This document shows positions 1-10,333 of a DNA stretch of 64,000 bases, piece after piece; position 1 is the first letter of the stretch, and the number at the start of each line of letters is the position of its first letter. Below the pieces are notes generated by a model that saw only the letters and a list, made by a program, of their open reading frames with translations, was not told where the DNA came from and did no database searches. The stretch is from a virus. Made by a program: the position numbers and the translations under genes. The stretch is taken from positions 32,001-96,000 of the IMG/VR virus record IMGVR_UViG_3300036715_001290; one strand, given 5' to 3'.

Positions 1-9
1 ACTGATGAT

Positions 10-1380
10 ATGTTACCGTTTGAAAAAGCAGGATATATGATAAGTATACCAACTGTTAAAATAAGTGCAACTGATGTTCGTGATGGTATAAAATCTGGAA
101 AAATTACATTAAAGAATATAAGCCAATATATGAATCCTAATATAACACAACAAACTTATGATTTACTTAAAGGTAAATTATCAGAAGGTGGTGGTTATGG
201 TCATATGCAACATATTTATGAAGATGCAAATTTAACATTTGGTGATATTAAAAAAATAATTGATTTAGGTTTAGGTGGTAAATTAAAATCCGTTACTGAA
301 AAAACTGACGGTCAAAATTTAATGATTACTGTTGTTAATAATGAAGTAAGAGCGGCTCGTAATAAATCACATATTAAAAATTTTGCAAAAGATTCATTAT
401 CTATTGATGGTTTATTTAAGATGTTTGCCGGCCGCGGTGATATATCAAATGCATTTTCATTTGCTATGAATGATATGGCGGCCGCATTAAATGCATTAAG
501 TAAAGCAGAAAAAGAAGATATCTTTAAAAATGGAAAAAGATTTTTATCATTTGAAGTAATATATCCAAAAACAACAAATGTTATTCCTTATGGAATGAGT
601 ATGTTAGTTTTTCATGGTATATATGAATATAATAAAGATGGTGATAGAATTTCAGAAGTTAAAACAGGTGCAGGAAAATTATATAAATTAATTCAAAATG
701 CAAACGCACATGTACAAAATACATTCACAATTAAACCAAAAGCTGACATTCATTTGAATGCTATAGAAAATGGACAAAATCTTAAAAAGGATTTATATAA
801 ACAATTATCAGCGATACAAGGTAAATGTGGAGCAAAGGATAGTGATAAACTATCAAAGTATTTTGAATTTAATTGGAGACATTATATTACATCATTAAAT
901 ATAAACGATGATAAAGTAAATGAGATTTTATTAAATCGTTGGTTATATGATGATAAATCAACATCATTAAATGATATTAAGAAAATGGTTGATGAAAAAC
1001 AATTTTCAGATATTAAGGCAACGGAAGGTGCTAAAGTCAAAACATTAAATAATACGTTTGTTGAACCAATACGTAATATGACTATGAATCTTGGTATTGC
1101 AATACTTAGTAATATGAAAAGTGTATTGACCGTTAACCCAAGTAAGGCAATTCAATCACTACAAGATGAAATAACAAGTACTATAGCGGCTATAAAGGCA
1201 TCTAAAGATGATAGCCTTATAAATAAGCTTGATATTGAATTAACAAAATTAAGAGGTGTAGGTAACATCGTATTACCAACCGAAGGAATTGTATTTACAT
1301 ATAAAGGCAATATTTATAAATTAACAGGAAGTTTCAACCCAATAAATCAAATATTAGGTATGTTGAAATATGCAAGATAA
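10..1380 (+). CDS. 5'-truncated multidomain protein: end of a cytidylyltransferase-like domain followed by a ligase-like (KxDG) nucleotidyltransferase domain
   Basis: ISATDVR resembles the C-terminal SxTxxR motif of HxGH nucleotidyltransferases. TEKTDGQN resembles ligase motif I (KxDG); SFEVI and EGIVF...YKLTG resemble later ligase motifs. The frame is open to the window edge. Confidence 0.5.
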   Translation: MLPFEKAGYMISIPTVKISATDVRDGIKSGKITLKNISQYMNPNITQQTYDLLKGKLSEGGGYGHMQHIYEDANLTFGDIKKIIDLGLGGKLKSVTEKTDGQNLMITVVNNEVRAARNKSHIKNFAKDSLSIDGLFKMFAGRGDISNAFSFAMNDMAAALNALSKAEKEDIFKNGKRFLSFEVIYPKTTNVIPYGMSMLVFHGIYEYNKDGDRISEVKTGAGKLYKLIQNANAHVQNTFTIKPKADIHLNAIENGQNLKKDLYKQLSAIQGKCGAKDSDKLSKYFEFNWRHYITSLNINDDKVNEILLNRWLYDDKSTSLNDIKKMVDEKQFSDIKATEGAKVKTLNNTFVEPIRNMTMNLGIAILSNMKSVLTVNPSKAIQSLQDEITSTIAAIKASKDDSLINKLDIELTKLRGVGNIVLPTEGIVFTYKGNIYKLTGSFNPINQILGMLKYAR

Positions 1381-1401
1381 TAAAAATAACATGAGGTTAC
1401 A

Positions 1402-2166
1402 ATGGATGTTAAATCCAATGCAATAAATAAAGATTTCGTTGCAAGACGAAATAAAAAAGCACCATCACCATTAGATATTAATTATAGTAATCTTAAAGAT
1501 GCTATTAATGGTAAATTATCTGAAGATATAACAGTTGGTGGTTATACGGGTATTCGCAAGCACTATAAAACTGGCGAAATGATTCAATTTAGAGATAAAG
1601 AATATGAAGAATGGTTTAATCCAAATTCAAATACAAAATATATTAATATAGCACCTGGGTATACAATAAATGACGGTGTATACACTGATAGATTTGCCGA
1701 TAATAAAATGTTCGAAACCTGTCCAGTTTGTAAAAAAACTATAAGAAAACAATTTGATTATAAAATGTTTACAAAAACAGGAATGTGTTTAGATTGTAAA
1801 GTACATGAAGAAAACCAAATAAAAGAATCAGGTGGTTTTGAAAAATATGTACAAAATAAAATATTAAATAATAAACTTTCATATATGAAAGATACAAAAG
1901 GTCAAGTAGAAACGCTTATAAGTGGATTGAATAAAAAAATGACATATGTCAATGAAGACGGTTCAATTGATACTTGGGATAATGGTTCATATGATTCACA
2001 AAAGGCATTTTTAGAGTTACAATTAGCTGATATTGAAAAACTTATAATAGGTTTGGAAAAAACATTATCAGGTGAAATAACCGAAGATGAATTAATGTTA
2101 ATATATGATGAAGTAAAAGCAAATGGTGCACCTGAAACTGCTAGCACTGAGGAAGTAAAAGAGTAA
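1402..2166 (+). CDS. Zn-finger (CxxC...CxxC) and coiled-coil protein directly upstream of TerL; function unknown (terminase small subunit candidate by position only)
   Basis: CPVC...CLDC motifs; stop overlaps the TerL start (TAATG); GAGG upstream. Confidence 0.5.
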   Translation: MDVKSNAINKDFVARRNKKAPSPLDINYSNLKDAINGKLSEDITVGGYTGIRKHYKTGEMIQFRDKEYEEWFNPNSNTKYINIAPGYTINDGVYTDRFADNKMFETCPVCKKTIRKQFDYKMFTKTGMCLDCKVHEENQIKESGGFEKYVQNKILNNKLSYMKDTKGQVETLISGLNKKMTYVNEDGSIDTWDNGSYDSQKAFLELQLADIEKLIIGLEKTLSGEITEDELMLIYDEVKANGAPETASTEEVKE

Positions 2167-3782
2167 TGGAACTCGATGACATTGTAGTTAAAAAACCTAC
2201 AATAAAAGAATTAATGGCTGAAGAATTTACACGATGTGGATTGGATTCAAAGTACTTTATTAAAAAATATTGTACAATAGTTCATCCTCAACGTGGTAAA
2301 ATTTTATTTGAAACATATCCTTATCAAGATGATTTACTTGATATATTTGAATCTAAACATAGAACGATTATATTAAAAGGTAGACAATTAGGTATATCAA
2401 CATTATCAGCAGGTTTTATTTTATGGCGTATGATTTTTAATGATGATTATAATGTTGTTATTGTTGCTACAAAACAAAAAGTAGCAAAAAATCTTGTTAA
2501 GAAGGTAAAGATTATGAATGATCTTTTACCATCTTGGATGCGAAGTGAATGTATAGAAAATAACATGTTAAGTGTTGTTTTATCAAATGGTTCGCGTATT
2601 ATTGCAGAAACAACGGCAGAAGACGTAGGTCGTTCTGAAGCTGCATCATTGGTTGTTATTGATGAATGTGCTCACATTAAACGTATGAGTGATATTTGGA
2701 CAGCATTACAACCTACACTTTCAACAGGTGGTGATTGTATTGCTTTAAGTTCACCTAATGGATATGGTAACTGGTTTCATAAAACATGGTGTGATGCTGA
2801 AGAAGGACGTAATAGTTTTCAAACTGTAGAACTTCCTTGGAGTGTTCATCCTGAACGTACTCAAAAATGGAGAGATGAACAGGAAATTGAACTTGGTCCA
2901 AGAAGAGCTGCACAAGAATGTGATGCTAAGTTCTTGTCATCAGGTAATACTGTTATTGCTCCTGATATTTTAGAATGGTATCAAAACAATACAGTAAAAC
3001 AACCTATTCGTAAAATTACACCAACTGTTAGTTATAGCTCAGATCTTAAAGATACTATTTGGATTTGGAAAGATCCTGATTTTGATGCAAAGTATATTAT
3101 AAGTGGTGACGTTGCTCGTGGTGATGGTGATGATTATAGTACATTTCATATTATAGATACAAAAACATATGAACAAGTTGCTGAATTTGAAGGTAAATTA
3201 CCACCAAATAATTTCGGTGATTTAATATTAGAATATGCTGTAAAATATAATGATGCATATGTTATTGTTGAAAATGCAAACATTGGTATGGGTACATGTC
3301 AACGTTTAATTGATAGAGGATGTAGGAATCTTCATTATACAAAAGAATCTGATAAAAGAGGATTTGTTAATGAAAAGACAAAATTTTCATCGGCTATTAA
3401 AAAGAGTGATGTACCTGGGTTTACAATGTCATTAGCTACACGCCCATTAGTTATAAGTCAAATGGAAGAAATTATAAGATTAAAGCAAATTATAATAAAT
3501 TCACAAAGAACAATAACCCAATTACGTACATTTGTATACTTAAATAATAAACCACAAGCTGCATATGGTTATAATGATGATATTGTTATGGCATTATGTA
3601 TTGCTATTTTTGGTAGGGATGTTGCATTAATTAATATATCACGAAATGATTCAATGGTTACCGCAATGTTAGGTGCTATACATGTTAGCAGGTCAGAACA
3701 AAATACACATGGTAATATAATAACCAATCCTTGGCAATATGGAACTGGTAGACAAGCAATAAATTTAACGGAGTTTTTATAA
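2166..3782 (+). CDS. terL: Terminase large subunit (T4 gp17-like)
   Basis: YPYQ adenine-binding motif, LKGRQLGIST Walker A, VVIDECAH Walker B, SSPNG coupling motif, nuclease motifs GDVARGDGDDYS and NDDIVMA. Confidence 0.95.
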   Translation: MELDDIVVKKPTIKELMAEEFTRCGLDSKYFIKKYCTIVHPQRGKILFETYPYQDDLLDIFESKHRTIILKGRQLGISTLSAGFILWRMIFNDDYNVVIVATKQKVAKNLVKKVKIMNDLLPSWMRSECIENNMLSVVLSNGSRIIAETTAEDVGRSEAASLVVIDECAHIKRMSDIWTALQPTLSTGGDCIALSSPNGYGNWFHKTWCDAEEGRNSFQTVELPWSVHPERTQKWRDEQEIELGPRRAAQECDAKFLSSGNTVIAPDILEWYQNNTVKQPIRKITPTVSYSSDLKDTIWIWKDPDFDAKYIISGDVARGDGDDYSTFHIIDTKTYEQVAEFEGKLPPNNFGDLILEYAVKYNDAYVIVENANIGMGTCQRLIDRGCRNLHYTKESDKRGFVNEKTKFSSAIKKSDVPGFTMSLATRPLVISQMEEIIRLKQIIINSQRTITQLRTFVYLNNKPQAAYGYNDDIVMALCIAIFGRDVALINISRNDSMVTAMLGAIHVSRSEQNTHGNIITNPWQYGTGRQAINLTEFL

Positions 3783-3783
3783 A

Positions 3784-4281
3784 ATGAAATTATTGGAAGT
3801 ATCATTAATACAAAAGGCAGAACAATTTGCTAGAGAAGTACATACTGGACAGTTTAGAAAATCATCGATGAAACCTTACATTGTTCATCCATTATTAGTT
3901 TATAAACTAACAAAACATTTTGGTTTTGGTAAGAATGAACAAATAATTGCATTATTACATGATACATATGAAGATGGTGCAGATCCAAAAGCAATTGCCG
4001 ATTATATTGGTAAAACATTTGGTAGTAATATATTGTCTATTGTTTTACTATTATCACATGATAAATCGGTTGAATATAATACCTATTTATTAGCATTAGC
4101 AAAAAAATCACCATTTGCATTGAATGTTAAATTATGTGATATGATTGCAAATTTATCAGATGCACCAACACAAAGTCAATATAATAAATATAAGTCAGGA
4201 TTCATGAATTTGAAATCTAACAATATTTATATACAGGACAACTTACTAAAGACATTAAACAAGATTTTCAAATTAGGATAA
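3784..4281 (+). CDS. Stand-alone RelA/SpoT-type HD hydrolase (small alarmone hydrolase / Mesh1-like)
   Basis: H.GQFRK...PYIVHP, LLHDTYED and VKLCD...NL match the RSH hydrolase motifs; no synthetase domain. Confidence 0.85.
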   Translation: MKLLEVSLIQKAEQFAREVHTGQFRKSSMKPYIVHPLLVYKLTKHFGFGKNEQIIALLHDTYEDGADPKAIADYIGKTFGSNILSIVLLLSHDKSVEYNTYLLALAKKSPFALNVKLCDMIANLSDAPTQSQYNKYKSGFMNLKSNNIYIQDNLLKTLNKIFKLG

Positions 4282-4284
4282 TAC

Positions 4285-6090
4285 ATGAGTGTATTCAGCT
4301 CTATAAATAAACTTTTCAGTACCGACCTTATTATACGAAACTATAAGGGCGTAAACATGAAACCTATGGATGTTTACAACCCTAAAGTAGTTGGTAATAT
4401 GGCTAATAACTATATGGGTTCAAGATATCAAAATCTTTACTCAACATTAGCTATGGTTAATTCACAAAACCAAGGTATGCCAATTCATACTATGAGACTT
4501 ATGATGTTTAGAGATTATGAATTAATGGACCAAGATCCAATACTTCACTCTGCATTAGACTTATATTCTGAAGAATGTGCAATACGTAATGAATTTGGTG
4601 AAATAGTAAAAATAAAATGTGAAGATGAAGAAATTAATGAAGTACTTCATAATTTATTTTATAATGTATTAAATGTTAATTTTAATCTTAGATCATGGGT
4701 AAGATCATTTGTTAAGTATGGTGATTTCTTTATGAAATTAAACATAGTCGATAAATTAGGAATAGTTGATACCGTAACAATGTCACCATATGACGTAACT
4801 CGAGTTGAAGAAGTTAATAAATCAACTGGTAAAATAGATACTAAATATGCTATTGAAGGTTATAAATTCCGTGGTGAATTACAACCATATGAAATGGCTC
4901 ATTTTAGATTACAAAGTGATATTAACTTTTTACCTTATGGTAAATCCGCAATTGAAGGAGCACGTCGTGTTTGGAAACAATTAAACCTTGCTGAAGATGC
5001 AATGTTAATTCATCGTATTATTAGAGCTCCACAAAAAAGAGTATTTAGTATTGAGGTTGGTAACTTAAATGCAAATGAAGTTGACCCATACATGAAGAAC
5101 ATGATTAATAGTATGAAAAAAGTACCATTAATCGATGAACAAACTGGTGATTATAACTTAAAATATAATATACAAAATATTACTGAAGATTTTTATCTTC
5201 CTGTTAGAAATGGTGAAAGTGGTAATAAAATTGATACACTTGAAGCATTAGGTAATGAAACTATTGAAGATATTGAATATTTTAAGAATAAAATGTTTGC
5301 GGCATTACGTATACCTAAAGCATGGTTAGGTTTTGAAGAATCCGTTGGTTCTAAATCATTGCTTTCGGCTGAAGATGTTCGATTTGCTAGAACTATTGAA
5401 AATATGCAAGCAGTTATTGTTGGTGAATTAACAAAAATAGCAAAAATACATTTATTTGCTCAAGGATATAATGAAGATGATTTAGAATCATTTACCATTA
5501 GCTTAAATAGCCCATCTATAGTATATGAACAAGAAAAATTAGAATTATGGAAAGGCCGAATTGAATTAGCCGATAGTATACGTGCAGGTAAAATGTTATC
5601 TGAAAAATGGATATATGAAAACATATATCAAATGACATCTAATGAAATAGAATCACAAAAAGAAGAAGTACTTAATGATGCTCATAGAGATCATAGACTT
5701 ACTCAAATTGTTGAACAAGGAAATGATCCTAATGTTTCAGGTGAACATGCAACAGATACAACATCGAGAATAGTAAATAAACCCGATGATGTACAATACG
5801 CAGGTCCTACAGGCCGTGGGGGCGGTGTAGCATCACCTCAACTTAATCAAGGTGGAAAACCACAACCAGAAGGTGCACCCGTACAAAGAGGTTCTAATTA
5901 TGGTACTGATAAATCTACATTTGGTAGAGATGCATTAGGAAAGAATAAAGCTCCTGCAGGATTAGATAAATCTACAGGTTTAGACTTTAAAAACAATTCA
6001 CCTTTAGCTACTGAAGATGAATTTACCGAATTACACTTGACAGAAGAAGATGAAATTAAATTTGATGATAAAATGATAGATTTAATATGA
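4285..6090 (+). CDS. Portal protein (T4 gp20-like)
   Basis: KQLNLAEDAMLIHRIIRAPQKRVFSIEVGN, EDFYLPVR...IDTL and DIEYFKNKMFAALRIPK are gp20-type signatures. Confidence 0.95.
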   Translation: MSVFSSINKLFSTDLIIRNYKGVNMKPMDVYNPKVVGNMANNYMGSRYQNLYSTLAMVNSQNQGMPIHTMRLMMFRDYELMDQDPILHSALDLYSEECAIRNEFGEIVKIKCEDEEINEVLHNLFYNVLNVNFNLRSWVRSFVKYGDFFMKLNIVDKLGIVDTVTMSPYDVTRVEEVNKSTGKIDTKYAIEGYKFRGELQPYEMAHFRLQSDINFLPYGKSAIEGARRVWKQLNLAEDAMLIHRIIRAPQKRVFSIEVGNLNANEVDPYMKNMINSMKKVPLIDEQTGDYNLKYNIQNITEDFYLPVRNGESGNKIDTLEALGNETIEDIEYFKNKMFAALRIPKAWLGFEESVGSKSLLSAEDVRFARTIENMQAVIVGELTKIAKIHLFAQGYNEDDLESFTISLNSPSIVYEQEKLELWKGRIELADSIRAGKMLSEKWIYENIYQMTSNEIESQKEEVLNDAHRDHRLTQIVEQGNDPNVSGEHATDTTSRIVNKPDDVQYAGPTGRGGGVASPQLNQGGKPQPEGAPVQRGSNYGTDKSTFGRDALGKNKAPAGLDKSTGLDFKNNSPLATEDEFTELHLTEEDEIKFDDKMIDLI

Positions 6091-6148
6091 AAAATGATTG
6101 TTTTCTTAAATCTGTAATAATTATATTAAAAAAACGTTTGGAGATGTC

Positions 6149-7045
6149 TTGGTGAAAATCAAACACAATAAGTTAAAAAATACATACATATTATTTGAAT
6201 TACTTTCTCGTCAAATTGCGACCGATGCATTAAATGATATGCCGACGTCAAATGCAATTAATATTATAAAGAAACATTATTCAAAATCATCAGAATTGTT
6301 AAAAGAATATAATTTATACAAAAAATTATTAGAAACAAATTTTTCTGCCGAATCAAAAGCGCAAACTTATATTGATTTTGTTCTAAATGAAAGAAAGAAG
6401 CTAAATGCAGAATTACTTAGAACTGAAAAATACAATGTAGTAAATGAGATATCTAAACAATATGATATTAAAACACTATTTAATTCAAAAATAAGCAATT
6501 ATAAAGAATGTGCATCAATATATAAATTATTTGAATATGGTTGTTTAACCGAAGCTATACAAAATACTGAAGAATTAGTTGATTCTAGAGATAATATATT
6601 AAGTATAATAACAAATAAAAAAATTACAACTGAGACTTCAAACGTTGTTAATGAATTTATGTCACAAAGTAAAGACTTACGTGCATTATCATATAATATT
6701 TTGGTTGATAAATTCAATTCAAAATATGGCAAATCTTTAAACAAATCACAATGTGAAATACTTCGTACTTATTTATATAATGCTACCGATAGTATAGCAT
6801 TAAAAGAATACATTAATAAAAAAACCGAATCATATATTTTTAACATTAAAAAATTGTTAGAAATGCATGATGATAAAGTATTAAAAGCTAAACTGAGTGT
6901 TGTTTTGGAATCATTAGAAAAAATAACAAAACAACCAAAAATTAAAGAATCATATATTGTAGCTTTAATGGAAACATCCAATTTAATTGTTGAAATGAAA
7001 AAATCTCTTAAATTAAAACAAGTGGAAGTTGCCAATGATACCTAA
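6149..7045 (+). CDS. Helical head-assembly protein (prohead core-like)
   Basis: Lies between portal and protease; GGAG before a TTG start; several L/I-x-E sites. Confidence 0.45.
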   Translation: MVKIKHNKLKNTYILFELLSRQIATDALNDMPTSNAINIIKKHYSKSSELLKEYNLYKKLLETNFSAESKAQTYIDFVLNERKKLNAELLRTEKYNVVNEISKQYDIKTLFNSKISNYKECASIYKLFEYGCLTEAIQNTEELVDSRDNILSIITNKKITTETSNVVNEFMSQSKDLRALSYNILVDKFNSKYGKSLNKSQCEILRTYLYNATDSIALKEYINKKTESYIFNIKKLLEMHDDKVLKAKLSVVLESLEKITKQPKIKESYIVALMETSNLIVEMKKSLKLKQVEVANDT

Positions 7046-7208
7046 AAAAAATAAATCTTTAAAACGTCATGTTAAAACGTGTATAAAAGATCTACTTGAT
7101 GAAATGACTTCATCAGGAGCAGTTGGAGCATATTCTACTCCGTTTTTCATAAAACCAGATAAGACTAAAAAGAATAACATAGTACGTAGACGTATGACGG
7201 GTAAGTAA
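7035..7208 (+). CDS. Small 57-aa protein missing from the ORF track (MIPKKNKSLKRHVKTCIKDLLDEMTSSGAVGAYSTPFF...)
   Basis: Open from ATG 7035 to TAA 7208; fills the gap exactly and its stop overlaps the next ATG; contains an LLDE site. Confidence 0.7.
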   Translation: MIPKKNKSLKRHVKTCIKDLLDEMTSSGAVGAYSTPFFIKPDKTKKNNIVRRRMTGK

Positions 7209-7534
7209 TGGCTGAGGAAATTACAATTGATGAAAAAATAAGCAAGATGTATACAAACAGTAAATGTTCATATTGCGTTCTAAAATTAAATTTCAAAAAA
7301 TATAATCCGGATAATCCATTTTTTGATATAACCTTTAATAAGGGAGTAGATGGTCATCCAAAAACACAAATTTGTCAGTTTCCAGAAGGCGTTAAAACAA
7401 TTAATGATAGAGAAGCATACTTAAAAAAATTTAAGGATATGTTATATATTGAATTAATAGATTTATCAATTAAATATGATAATGAATTAAAGGAAAGATT
7501 AAAAGGAATAGAAACAAAATGTCTAACACAATAA
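7208..7534 (+). CDS. Hypothetical protein
   Basis: ORF coupled to its neighbours, phage-like codon usage. Confidence 0.6.
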   Translation: MAEEITIDEKISKMYTNSKCSYCVLKLNFKKYNPDNPFFDITFNKGVDGHPKTQICQFPEGVKTINDREAYLKKFKDMLYIELIDLSIKYDNELKERLKGIETKCLTQ

Positions 7535-7872
7535 AAATGATGAGCTTGCTTAAAGAAGCTCCAGAACGTAAAGCACCACTATTAAAGACAAGTTCTAATA
7601 TAAATTTTAAGAAACCTGAAGCTAATTGGTTATATGCCGATTGGATATCTGAAAAGAAACCAAACATGGGATTTAGTGTTGTAAAAGTTGGTGATAAAAC
7701 TATTTGTATAGCAGGTTCTGATTCAGGTAATAAAAAAGGTACAAGAGAAGATTATATTCATGACCAAAGTAGACGTCCAATTGGTATAGGTGTAACATTG
7801 GATTCTGCTAAAATAACAAATTTACACCCATTAGCACAATATGGTACATTACCATTGTTTGTATATAAATAA
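7519..7872 (+). CDS. Hypothetical protein, putative internal head protein
   Basis: N-terminal IKMMSLLKE-AP motif. Confidence 0.55.
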   Translation: MSNTIKMMSLLKEAPERKAPLLKTSSNINFKKPEANWLYADWISEKKPNMGFSVVKVGDKTICIAGSDSGNKKGTREDYIHDQSRRPIGIGVTLDSAKITNLHPLAQYGTLPLFVYK

Positions 7873-7883
7873 GAAAGTATATA

Positions 7884-8222
7884 ATGAAAATAATGAAATT
7901 ACTTGAAGCTAGCCCTATTGCTTTAACAGATGAGCAAAAAAATAAAATTAAAGCATTTGTAGATAAATTAAAAAAATATGGTGCAACAAAAGTAAAATAT
8001 GAAAAAGAATACCATGTAGTTATATGTGATTCATATAATGTATATTTTGGTAATAGTACATTTCGTCAACATGTATGTTCATGTTTTTCTAAAGAAGATG
8101 CAAACTATATAGCAGATGTCATAAATAAAAAATCAGCAGCCGCAAAGGAACCATCTTTAAAAGATAAAGCAACTATTAAATTAGATGATAGATTAACCTT
8201 TGATATGCATGATTTTGTATAA
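7884..8222 (+). CDS. Hypothetical protein, putative internal head protein
   Basis: N-terminal MKIMKLLE-AS motif. Confidence 0.55.
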   Translation: MKIMKLLEASPIALTDEQKNKIKAFVDKLKKYGATKVKYEKEYHVVICDSYNVYFGNSTFRQHVCSCFSKEDANYIADVINKKSAAAKEPSLKDKATIKLDDRLTFDMHDFV

Positions 8223-8230
8223 GGAATATA

Positions 8231-8866
8231 ATGGGTAATATAATTAAATATGATGCGGAACATCCTTTAATAGAAACAATAGGAACTATAACATATAAAG
8301 GCGATACTAAATTATTAACAGAATCAATGAGTACTGATGAACCTATATATGTAGATACATTATTGCAAATGGCTGATACTGAAAATGGTAATGGTAGGGA
8401 ATATCCTTATAATATTCTTAAACCATCAATAGATCGTTATGCAGCAAGATTTATTCCTAAAAGATCTTATGGTGAATTAGACCATCCTGATAGTGCAGAG
8501 CCTCCAGCATTACAACGTGCTTCTCATAGAATTGTAAAGATTTGGTGGGAAAATAAAATTGAATGTTACGGTCGTCTAAAGATTCTTAACACTCCCCTTG
8601 GAAAAATAGTAAAAATAATATTAGCCGAAGGAGGTGAAGTCGCAGTTTCCTCAAGAGGTGTAGGTTCTGTAGAAGAGTTAGGCTCTGGACTATATCGGGT
8701 TATGGATGATTTTGAAATGATATGTTGGGATATTGTTTCAAATCCATCAACAAAAGGTGCATGGGTACACGTGGTGAATGAAAATCAAAAAATTAATACA
8801 AATATCAATAAACAAAATACAAAGATTGATAATATCATTGGTGATATTTTATCATCATTAAATTAG
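8231..8866 (+). CDS. Prohead core protease (T4 gp21-like)
   Basis: NGNGREYP, GELDHP (catalytic His), VSSRGVGS (catalytic Ser), WDIVSNPS. Confidence 0.95.
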   Translation: MGNIIKYDAEHPLIETIGTITYKGDTKLLTESMSTDEPIYVDTLLQMADTENGNGREYPYNILKPSIDRYAARFIPKRSYGELDHPDSAEPPALQRASHRIVKIWWENKIECYGRLKILNTPLGKIVKIILAEGGEVAVSSRGVGSVEELGSGLYRVMDDFEMICWDIVSNPSTKGAWVHVVNENQKINTNINKQNTKIDNIIGDILSSLN

Positions 8867-8872
8867 GATTAT

Positions 8873-9331
8873 ATGAAATTAATAAATTTAATAAATGAAG
8901 ATTTGAAAGTTACATTAGATATTCCTAAAAATGATCCAAATTACTGGAATGGTAAAGGATTTTCAAATTATAGTACATCCGGAATTGAAACTATTGCAAA
9001 AGGCTTACATAATTATATAAATAAATTTTATAAAAAATATGCAGACAAAGATTTGGTTACTGACTTTAATGATATGCAATTAATGTTAAATGAAAAGGAT
9101 GATGTGATTAAAATAAAATTTGGCGTACAAATGTCATATAATATATTTAATCATGATGTACCATTACCGGTTAAAATATTTGTTAAATTATTAACTAAAC
9201 AAAATATACCATTTATTATTAAAAACGGTGAACATAAAAATTGGCGTGGTAAAGTAATTACCGAAAAATCAATTGATTTTATTACAATTAAAACTGACGA
9301 TTTCTTAAAAATTAAGACATCAAATTTATAA
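8873..9331 (+). CDS. Hypothetical protein, putative internal head protein
   Basis: N-terminal MKLINLINE-D motif; AGGA upstream. Confidence 0.55.
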   Translation: MKLINLINEDLKVTLDIPKNDPNYWNGKGFSNYSTSGIETIAKGLHNYINKFYKKYADKDLVTDFNDMQLMLNEKDDVIKIKFGVQMSYNIFNHDVPLPVKIFVKLLTKQNIPFIIKNGEHKNWRGKVITEKSIDFITIKTDDFLKIKTSNL

Positions 9332-9352
9332 TAACAAACAAAAGAGGTTCTA

Positions 9353-9568
9353 ATGGGTGCACATAATTATTCAAATGCCGGAGTTTTAGTAAAAAATGGC
9401 AATGTTGAAAAAGCACTATCTATATTCAAAAAAAGAATTAAAAATTGTGGTATCATGAACGAGTTAAAAGAAAGAACTCATTATATAAAACCATCGGCTA
9501 AAAAAAGAGCCGCTAAATTAACTATATTAAATAGAATTTCAAAAGAGAAAAAGACAGAAACACAATAA
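9353..9568 (+). CDS. rpsU: Phage-encoded ribosomal protein bS21
   Basis: V.VKNGNVEKALSIFKK...G.MNELKER.HYIKPS.KKR fits the bS21 pattern; 71 aa and basic. Confidence 0.9.
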   Translation: MGAHNYSNAGVLVKNGNVEKALSIFKKRIKNCGIMNELKERTHYIKPSAKKRAAKLTILNRISKEKKTETQ

Positions 9569-9603
9569 TTATTAATTATTGATAAACTATAAAGGATTTT
9601 TAA

Positions 9604-10152
9604 TTGATGAATGATAATATAATACAACCAACTGGTGATGATTGGAGCAAATGGGGTACATATGTTATAAATCAATTAAAGGAAAATCAAGAGTCTGTAA
9701 AGGATGTATCTAGTAAAATAAATGCAATTCATACTGATTTAGTTGATAGATTATCCGATAGTATTTCTCTAACTGAAAAGGACGTTGCTTCATCAATTCG
9801 TAACTTGGAAGAAAAAGTTGCAAAAATGATTGGTGAAATTGACTTTAAAATTAATACATCATTACAAAACATTCAAAATAAAAATGATAGAATGGTTGAT
9901 GAATTAAAACTTGAAGTTAAATCATTAAAAACGTTTGAAATGAGAGAAATGAACTCAACCATTAATAAGTTAACTGAACGTGTTAGTGGAATAGAATTAA
10001 GTTTAACAAAAGATATTAATAGCATTGATAAAGATGTTAATGGTCAAAAGAATTTTACTTTAGGTAAATCCGCTATTTGGGGTGCCATAATTACAATATC
10101 ATTAACATTATTAATGTCAGCTATAAATTTATTTGTTAAATTTGCAAAATAA
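9604..10152 (+). CDS. Coiled-coil protein with a C-terminal transmembrane helix (possible lysis or membrane protein)
   Basis: Long heptad region followed by hydrophobic AIWGAIITISLTLLMSAINLFV. Confidence 0.45.
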   Translation: MMNDNIIQPTGDDWSKWGTYVINQLKENQESVKDVSSKINAIHTDLVDRLSDSISLTEKDVASSIRNLEEKVAKMIGEIDFKINTSLQNIQNKNDRMVDELKLEVKSLKTFEMREMNSTINKLTERVSGIELSLTKDINSIDKDVNGQKNFTLGKSAIWGAIITISLTLLMSAINLFVKFAK

Positions 10153-10333
10153 ATATATAGAATAAATAGAATAAATAATTATTCTATATATTTATATAGA
10201 TACGAATCAAATCGAAAAATACATCATATATATGATGTCATACCAAAAATTAACTGCATTAAACTTCTAATAAGTTTAAAGATTAAATTCATTGTATTAA
10301 CATTATACAATTTTATTGAATTTAGGAGACCCT

